NCBI GenBank assembly: GCA_038895675.1
Contig: JAWANB010000003.1
Span: 1 to 32,554, forward strand
Direction: 5' to 3'
From: Candidatus Iainarchaeum sp.
GTDB taxonomy: Archaea > Iainarchaeota > Iainarchaeia > Iainarchaeales > Iainarchaeaceae
DNA: 32,554 nt
Shown here: in pieces, positions 1-6,539 of the stretch
Numbering within the stretch: the first letter of the stretch is position 1
Layout: every line of letters begins with the position of its first letter
Translations under genes and position numbers: made by a program
Notes under the pieces: model-generated
Database searches by the model: none
Told to the model about the DNA's origin: nothing
What the model saw: only the letters and a program-made list of their open reading frames with translations

Positions 1-1582
1 TAACATAAGCTCCTCTACTTTTCATTTCAATTGTATTACTTAAAATTAGTTTATCTGTTTCAGGAGTAAAAAGAGAAATTACAGGAGTTCCTTGATTTAC
101 TAAAGCAATAGTGCCATGCTTTAGTTCTCCACCAGCAAAACCTTCAGCATGAACATAGCTTACTTCTTTTATTTTTAGTGCACTTTCTAAAGCAGTTGGA
201 TAAGCTATTGAGCGCCCTATAACAAAAATATCTTTTGTAGAACTTAAAACTGGTTTTTCAACAAGCTTTCTAAGTGAAGAAATATTCTTCTCAGAAAGAA
301 AATTGCCTATTTCTTTTGCACAATCCAAAATTATTTTTTTTCCTTCATCTTTTTTGCCAGCACAAAAATAAGATAAGTACAACAAAATAGCTAATTGAGA
401 AGTATAGCTTTTTGTTGACAAAACGCAAATTTCTGGACCACAATTCATTAGAATAGAATTATCTGCCAAGCGCATTAAGGTGGAATCCATAACATTAACT
501 ATAGCCACTAATTTAGAACCCTTTGATTTAGCAAACTTTACAGCTTCAATAAGATCTGCAGTTTCTCCACTTTGACTTATGGCTATAACTAAAGAATCAG
601 CATTAGAAAAGTTTAGTTGTTCATAAAATTCTGAAGCTAAAACAGGTTTTGTTTCAATAGAAGAAATAGAACTAAAAAAATAAGAACCTACTAAACAGGC
701 ATGATAGGAAGAACCACAACCAACCAAAAAAATTTTTTTTGCACTTTTTATTCTTTTTGAAATTTTTTCAATTAAATCAGACGGTTGTTCAAGAGAATTT
801 TTTATTGTAATAGGCTGCTCCAAAATTTCTTTTAACATAAAGTGAGCAAAGTTTCCTTTTTTGGCTTGTTCAACACTCCAATTAAGAACTTTAACATGAT
901 ACTTTAATTCTTTTAGAGTCTTTGTATCAAAAATTTTAATATCATCACCAATAACTGCTATTTGATTATCTTCAAGGAAAACGGCTTTTTTAGTATAAGA
1001 AATAAAAGAAGTCGCATCAGAACCTACAAAAAAAGAATCTTCAGAAATACCTAAAACTAAAGGCGAACCAAAACGAGCACAATAAAGTTTTTTTTCGCCT
1101 AATTTCATTGCTACTACAGCATAATTACCTTCAATTTCACGCATTGACTTTGCAAAGCCAAATAAAAAATCTTTGCTGTTTGCAACATTATATTGGATTA
1201 AGTTAGCAATTATTTCTGAATCGGTTTGAGAATAAAATACAAAACCATTTTTGGAAAGTTTTTCTTTCAAGGCTGAAAAATTTTCCACAATGCCATTATG
1301 CACAATAGCTATTTTTCCATCATTAGAAATGTGAGGATGCGCATTTTGTTTTGTCACGTTTCCGTGAGTTGCCCAACGAGTATGGCCAATAGCAACTTTT
1401 TGTGATTCAAAGTCAGTGATGTTCGCTTCTCCTATTTTTCCAACATGTTTTTCAACAAACAAAGAGTTATTTGATTCAAAAGCCAAACCCCAAGAATCAT
1501 AGCCTCTGTATTCCAAAAATTTTAATCCTTCAAAAGTTTTTTTTACTGCGTCTTTACCTACTACACCTGAAATACCGCACAT
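1..1582 (-). CDS. glmS: Glutamine--fructose-6-phosphate transaminase (isomerizing), 3'-partial (runs off window start)
   Basis: Not in the ORF track. Manual minus-strand translation from ATG at 1582: MCGISGVVG (N-terminal nucleophile Cys), LEYRGYDSWG, GHTRWATHG, HNGIVENF, SQSGETAD, STKSYTSQL, ALKIKEVSYVHAEGFAGGELKHG. Confidence 0.97.
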   Translation of the reverse strand, partial: MCGISGVVGKDAVKKTFEGLKFLEYRGYDSWGLAFESNNSLFVEKHVGKIGEANITDFESQKVAIGHTRWATHGNVTKQNAHPHISNDGKIAIVHNGIVENFSALKEKLSKNGFVFYSQTDSEIIANLIQYNVANSKDFLFGFAKSMREIEGNYAVVAMKLGEKKLYCARFGSPLVLGISEDSFFVGSDATSFISYTKKAVFLEDNQIAVIGDDIKIFDTKTLKELKYHVKVLNWSVEQAKKGNFAHFMLKEILEQPITIKNSLEQPSDLIEKISKRIKSAKKIFLVGCGSSYHACLVGSYFFSSISSIETKPVLASEFYEQLNFSNADSLVIAISQSGETADLIEAVKFAKSKGSKLVAIVNVMDSTLMRLADNSILMNCGPEICVLSTKSYTSQLAILLYLSYFCAGKKDEGKKIILDCAKEIGNFLSEKNISSLRKLVEKPVLSSTKDIFVIGRSIAYPTALESALKIKEVSYVHAEGFAGGELKHGTIALVNQGTPVISLFTPETDKLILSNTIEMKSRGAYV

Positions 1583-1607
1583 AATAGTAAAATCAACGAA
1601 AGAAACC

Positions 1608-1674
1608 AATATAAATATTTATATTTAGTAGTATTATAAAATTCTTAATACTACTATTAAAAATTTTTTAGTAG
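1608..1674. promoter_or_regulatory. Divergent promoter region with palindromic TATA element and putative operator inverted repeats
   Basis: Perfect 18-bp palindrome AATATAAATATTTATATT (1608-1625); TAGTAGTATTA-N9-TAATACTACTA (1626-1656); CTACTA-N12-TAGTAG (1651-1674). Confidence 0.7.
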
Positions 1675-1693
1675 ATGACTTTATGGTAATTTT

Positions 1694-2635
1694 ATGGACA
1701 AAAGATTTTTCTCTTTTGAAAGCAATAAAGGTGAAAAAGGCGAAGCTTTGCTCATAGAAAACATAGAAAACATTAGACCTTTGCTTTCTAAAGAGGCATG
1801 GTTGATTTTTGAAAAGTTGGCTGAAAAGCCGAGTTTTCCTGCTGAAATAGCAAAAGAGCTAAAAATGAACGAACAAAAAGTTTATTATTACATAAAACAA
1901 ATGAAAAATGCTAATCTCATAGAACTTGAAAAAACAGAGGAAATAAGTGGAGGAGTAGCAAAGTATTATTCTGTCAATTCAAAAGCGTTTTTAATTTGTA
2001 CAACAAAGGAAACCAAAAATTATTTGCAAAAATCAACTAAAACAAAAAAAGCAAAGTACGATGGCTTTCTCAAAGAATTTTCAAAAAATGGTTCTTTTGT
2101 AGGAAAAATAGTTGTTGGCTCGCCGGACTTGCATGGACAATTTAAAGCGAGGGCAAGAGACGGGCATTTTTGCGGTGAGATAGCTGCTTATATAGGCTCA
2201 AACTTTTTATCTTACGAAATGCCTCTGGTCTACCTTGACACTATGACAAAAGACCTTAAAGAAGAAAATTCAAATTTGATACTTATAGGTGGCCCACTGA
2301 CAAACAAACTTACCAATCAAGCAAATAGTTTTTTACCTATAAAATTTGAAAAAGAAAACAATTGGGCTTTAAAATCAAACATAACAGGAAAAACATACGG
2401 CGATGACAATATAGGAGTAATAGAAAAAATAAATCACCCATACTTTAAGAATAAAACAATAGTAGTGATAGCTGGAAAAAGAAATACTGGAACAATGGCT
2501 GCAATAATAGCTCTGACAAAAAAAGAAAAAGTATTAGCAAAGCAAAATGAAAACACGAAAGTTCAAGCCAAAATAATAGAAGCCTTAGACCTAAATGGCG
2601 ATGGCATAATAGACGACATAGAAATAAAAGAATAA
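1694..2635 (+). CDS. Putative transcriptional regulator: N-terminal ArsR-like winged HTH plus C-terminal alpha/beta domain (S-layer C-terminal-like motif)
   Basis: HTH segment FPAEIAKELKMNEQKVYYYIKQMKNANLIE with wing; NLILIGGPLTN motif; C-terminal DLNGDGIIDDIE loop; no signal peptide. Confidence 0.8.
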   Translation: MDKRFFSFESNKGEKGEALLIENIENIRPLLSKEAWLIFEKLAEKPSFPAEIAKELKMNEQKVYYYIKQMKNANLIELEKTEEISGGVAKYYSVNSKAFLICTTKETKNYLQKSTKTKKAKYDGFLKEFSKNGSFVGKIVVGSPDLHGQFKARARDGHFCGEIAAYIGSNFLSYEMPLVYLDTMTKDLKEENSNLILIGGPLTNKLTNQANSFLPIKFEKENNWALKSNITGKTYGDDNIGVIEKINHPYFKNKTIVVIAGKRNTGTMAAIIALTKKEKVLAKQNENTKVQAKIIEALDLNGDGIIDDIEIKE

Positions 2636-2679
2636 AAACGCAAAACCTATTTAAATACAATAAAAGCTTATTTCATAAC

Positions 2680-5001
2680 ATGCAGACAAAAAGTTTGTTG
2701 ACAATCACGATTTTACTATTCATATCTTTTAATGCCTTTGCAGTATTAAAGACAGGTTCAACGCCAATATATGCAGTAACAACAGAAGGACAAGGTTTAG
2801 TAGCAACATTACACCTTGAAATAGAAAAAGGACAAGGAAAAATTTGGACCAATGTAAGCCCTTTAGTTGGAACTTCAACGCAAAACGCTGAAATAACTGC
2901 TGTAAACGTAGCAAAAAAATATTTCAAAGATGTTGATAACTATGATTACAAGTTTTCTATAAAGTCTTCAGCTTCTGTAGTTGATGGCCCAAGTGCAGGA
3001 GCTGCAATGGCATTGCTTGTAATTTCAATGCTAACTGACAAAGAATTGCCAAAAAATGTTAGCATAAGTGGAACAATAACTCAAAATGGCCAAATAGGAC
3101 CAGTAGGAGGAATCTACGAAAAGGCAAAAGAAGCGAGCAAAACAGGAATAAAGCTATTCATGATACCAAAAGGCGAAGCAATCCAAACAAGAAAAGACAA
3201 TGGAATAGGCAGTGTAAACCTTATAGAATACGCTCCTAAAGAATGGGGAATGAAAGTAGTTGAAGTAAAAAACATAGATGAAGCATTAAAGCTCGCTTAT
3301 TCTGATATAGAAAAAATAGATGTCAACACAAATGTTGACAAAGCAATTCCTGAGTTCATACCACAAAAAATTCAATTGCAAAAAGAGACTTCAGATTTTA
3401 AACTGCTTGTCACTAACTACATAAAAAAAGCTAAAGAACAAGTCAAAGAAGCAAGGTTGGCAATTTCTTCTTCTTTGATTGATGATCCAGAATTGGTTTT
3501 TGCGTTGCAACAAACAGTAAATGAATCAGAATCAATGATTCAAAAAGCAGAAATATTGAATGAACAAAATTACTTGTATTCTGCAGCAAACTTTTCTTTT
3601 TTAGCCAAAAGTAATGCAATAATGGTAAAAGAAATAGCAATTAACCCTGGGATTTTAGAAGAAAGCTCAAAAAACTTTGACTTGAAATTGGCACAACTAA
3701 ACAAAGAAATAACACAATATGAAAAACAATTGAATGAAAAAGTTCCTAAAAAGAATTTAGAAATGTTCATATCAGCACAACAAAGATTCATATATGCAAA
3801 AAATTCTTTGGAAGAACTAATGGAAGGAAAAAAAATAACTATAGTAATATCTAACAACAACCAAGACTATTTTTCAACAAACTTGGCAAAACTTAGAAAA
3901 TACGCTAATGCTGTAGCTTGGTTGGAAGTCTCAAAAGACTTTTTGAGCATTGTACAAGAAGATGAAGTACTTACAAGACAAAGCACACTTAAAGAAAGAG
4001 TTGAAGAAAAAATAGGCTATACAAAAAAAGAAATGGAAAGCATTGAAGATGAAGGAGTAATTGAAGAAGCTCAAAGAAGAATTGACTCTGCTTTAAAGGC
4101 TGTAGAAATGAATTGGTTTGAACCTGCCTTGCTTGACGCCGCAACAGCAAAAGCTTTTATTGATGCTGAAAAAGACTCTTTTGACAAAAACATTGAAGAC
4201 CTAAACAAAACTTTAATTGAAAGTATTGAAGAAACAGAAAAAAAAGTTAGTAATAATAAAAGCGTGTGGGCAATACTTTACTTGGCGCACGCAAAATATT
4301 TTTTGGCTTCAGCAAATTATTATTTGGAACTTGGTTCAGAACCTTTAGCCATAGAAAACCTCAAAAGAGGAATAAGCATAGCCTATTTAGCCTCAGAAAT
4401 ATACGATAACGTTTTAGAAGTAAACAAAGTTTATGAAAAAATACCTGCTGAAAAGATACAGGAAAAAACTGAAATGGAAATAAAAGTAGAAAACAAAGGC
4501 TTTTCTATAATGCCAATAGCCTTAGGCTTTGGCTTTGCAATCTTAATATTTATAGCTTTATTAGTCATAGTCTCAAGATCTTCACCAAATAGAACAAACC
4601 TTTCATCAGAACTTGCTACAGCAAAAAGAAAATTGTCAGAAATAGAATCAAACTTTATTTCAGGAAAATTGAGTCATGAAAACTATGAAAAACTGAAAAG
4701 AGAATATCAAGAAAAAATACAAAAACTTGAAAAAGAAATAGCAGAAAAAACAAAACACTTAATAGCCTATGACAATTACTCTTTGACACTGAGCATATTG
4801 AACGAAAGACTCAAAAATCTAAAAAGATTGTTCAAAGAAGGAATGTTACCAAGACAAGAATTTGAAAACCAATCAAAGCAAATAATAGCAGAAATAAATT
4901 CTTTAGAAAAAAAGCTTTATGAAGAAACACAAACATTAGAAAAAGAGCAAACGAAAGAAAAAAAACAAAAAAAACTCAAAGAAAAAACAAAGAAGAATTA
5001 A
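2680..5001 (+). CDS. Membrane-anchored Lon-like (peptidase S16) serine protease without AAA+ domain
   Basis: Signal peptide; VDGPSAG (catalytic Ser), SGTI, IGPVGGIYEK (catalytic Lys); long helical region; TM helix near residues 608-632; coiled-coil tail. Confidence 0.88.
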   Translation: MQTKSLLTITILLFISFNAFAVLKTGSTPIYAVTTEGQGLVATLHLEIEKGQGKIWTNVSPLVGTSTQNAEITAVNVAKKYFKDVDNYDYKFSIKSSASVVDGPSAGAAMALLVISMLTDKELPKNVSISGTITQNGQIGPVGGIYEKAKEASKTGIKLFMIPKGEAIQTRKDNGIGSVNLIEYAPKEWGMKVVEVKNIDEALKLAYSDIEKIDVNTNVDKAIPEFIPQKIQLQKETSDFKLLVTNYIKKAKEQVKEARLAISSSLIDDPELVFALQQTVNESESMIQKAEILNEQNYLYSAANFSFLAKSNAIMVKEIAINPGILEESSKNFDLKLAQLNKEITQYEKQLNEKVPKKNLEMFISAQQRFIYAKNSLEELMEGKKITIVISNNNQDYFSTNLAKLRKYANAVAWLEVSKDFLSIVQEDEVLTRQSTLKERVEEKIGYTKKEMESIEDEGVIEEAQRRIDSALKAVEMNWFEPALLDAATAKAFIDAEKDSFDKNIEDLNKTLIESIEETEKKVSNNKSVWAILYLAHAKYFLASANYYLELGSEPLAIENLKRGISIAYLASEIYDNVLEVNKVYEKIPAEKIQEKTEMEIKVENKGFSIMPIALGFGFAILIFIALLVIVSRSSPNRTNLSSELATAKRKLSEIESNFISGKLSHENYEKLKREYQEKIQKLEKEIAEKTKHLIAYDNYSLTLSILNERLKNLKRLFKEGMLPRQEFENQSKQIIAEINSLEKKLYEETQTLEKEQTKEKKQKKLKEKTKKN

Positions 5002-5227
5002 AAAATGACAAAAACAAATAAGCAAAAAAACCAGACAGAAAACACTTAAAATAAAAAAAACCAATGACAAAGCATATCAAAAAAATTATAATGCATAAAA
5101 AATTCCAAAAGCATAAAATAAAAAGCAAAAAAGTCTTCAAACGCAAAATCGCAAAAAAAACACGAAAATAACTCGCGCGAAAACAAAGACAAAAACTCAC
5201 AAATAAGAAGAAAGCTGAAAAAAACAA

Positions 5228-5515
5228 TCACTTAGCTGATACTAACTCTGCTTTTTTCATTCTTTTTGGAATTATGAAATAGCCTTTAGTACCACAAACC
5301 AAACACTCTTTGACGAAAGTAGGTTTTTTGTTTTGCTTTTTTACTATTGCAGTATGCTTTGCTTTTCCACCATGACCTTTTTTATGCTTCCTAACGTTGC
5401 TTCTCTGACCTATAGCAAGCGCCCTTGTTTTACCCGCCTTAAATGCTTTGAGTTTATGCTCTGTGTGCTTATTGCATTTAATGCAGTATGATTGAACTTC
5501 TTTCGGTATTTCCAT
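5228..5515 (-). CDS. rpl44e: 50S ribosomal protein L44e (eL42)
   Basis: MEIPKEVQSYCIKCNKHTEH...ECLVCG zinc ribbon, highly basic. True start is ATG 5515 after a GGAGTGG SD-like site; the longer ORF in the track is a spurious extension. Confidence 0.95.
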   Translation of the reverse strand: MEIPKEVQSYCIKCNKHTEHKLKAFKAGKTRALAIGQRSNVRKHKKGHGGKAKHTAIVKKQNKKPTFVKECLVCGTKGYFIIPKRMKKAELVSAK

Positions 5516-5633
5516 AACATCCACTCCATAAAGCAAGTTAAAGGAAAGTTTAAAAATTGTGTGAAAAAAACCAAAACAACTTATTTTTTGTTTATTAGAA
5601 ATTATTAAATATTGTGGTGTCTTTTTCCTATGC

Positions 5634-6506
5634 ATGGGCCAAGGCTTTTTGAGGGTTTTTTCAATAATGGCTGACTCCATAGTAAGCATAGTATTAAAAC
5701 CCACAATATTGTTGCCAACGCTCCTGACAAGTTTCGTTGAATTATTAGTAATACTTTTTAGCAGTGAATACATAGAAAGGCTTGTAGAAGACTTTGTTTT
5801 GTTTGATAATTTTGCAAACGTTTCATTAAGCGAACTCCCGGTTTATTTGCTGACAAACTACTTTTTAGAATTGACAGCTCTGATGTTAACACTCGTTATT
5901 ACTTTCGCATTATATCTTTATGTCTTATTTGTTTATGCTATTTTTTTAGAAAGAGAAGCAATAAAAAAGTCAAAAGGCTTTGTAGGAAGCATAGCGAACA
6001 ATCCTTTGTTGGCATCCAAAAAAAACACTATTATTAATGACATGATATTTGCGTTAAGGGCTTTCCCGCAAATTCTTAATCTGACATTTTTTTATTTTGT
6101 CTTATACTTGCTTTTCATAGTTTTTTTAGGGGTCGTACTATTCCTCAGCTTGCTTTTACCTTCCTTGACTATTGTTTTTTTGATTATGACCTCTTTAGGA
6201 ATAATAGGTTTTGCATACTTTTCAATAGTCTTCTTAAAAACTCCAATAATAATGGCGACCACAGGGGAAAAACTAAGGCTTGCTCTTTCAACTTCCTGGG
6301 CTTGGTGTTCTAAAAATTTCTTACAAACAATATTTTTTGTTTTCGTTTTGCTTTTCACGAGTTACACGCTAAATTACTTGTTTGACTCACTCACTGCCTT
6401 AATTGAAACTGAAGAATTAGCAGAATTTATTGGTTTAATTCTAAATTCTTTTACATTTTCATTTTTACTCTTGAGTTTCACTAAGTTTTTTCATTCTGGC
6501 TCTTAA
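5634..6506 (+). CDS. Hypothetical polytopic membrane protein
   Basis: 290-aa ORF with about 6 hydrophobic segments and an ALSTSWAW-type amphipathic motif. Confidence 0.75.
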   Translation: MGQGFLRVFSIMADSIVSIVLKPTILLPTLLTSFVELLVILFSSEYIERLVEDFVLFDNFANVSLSELPVYLLTNYFLELTALMLTLVITFALYLYVLFVYAIFLEREAIKKSKGFVGSIANNPLLASKKNTIINDMIFALRAFPQILNLTFFYFVLYLLFIVFLGVVLFLSLLLPSLTIVFLIMTSLGIIGFAYFSIVFLKTPIIMATTGEKLRLALSTSWAWCSKNFLQTIFFVFVLLFTSYTLNYLFDSLTALIETEELAEFIGLILNSFTFSFLLLSFTKFFHSGS

Positions 6507-6539
6507 TTATTATAAAGAAAATAAAGTATATATGAGTGC

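Noticed and set aside
1583-1693. glmS ribozyme upstream of glmS
   Set aside because: The spacer is too short and AT-rich and the TATA sits close to the start codon, so there is no room for the structured RNA.
4976-5231. Phe-rich minus-strand ORFs (also 14595-14813, 12957-13208)
   Set aside because: Artefacts of poly-A spacers read as poly-T; no SD or family features.
5360-5380. L44e has GHGGK rather than GGQ
   Set aside because: This loop varies among archaeal eL42 proteins, so it is not remarkable.
5516-5773. 86-aa N-terminal extension of L44e in the ORF track
   Set aside because: It overlaps the opposite-strand membrane gene; the family start and SD are at 5515.
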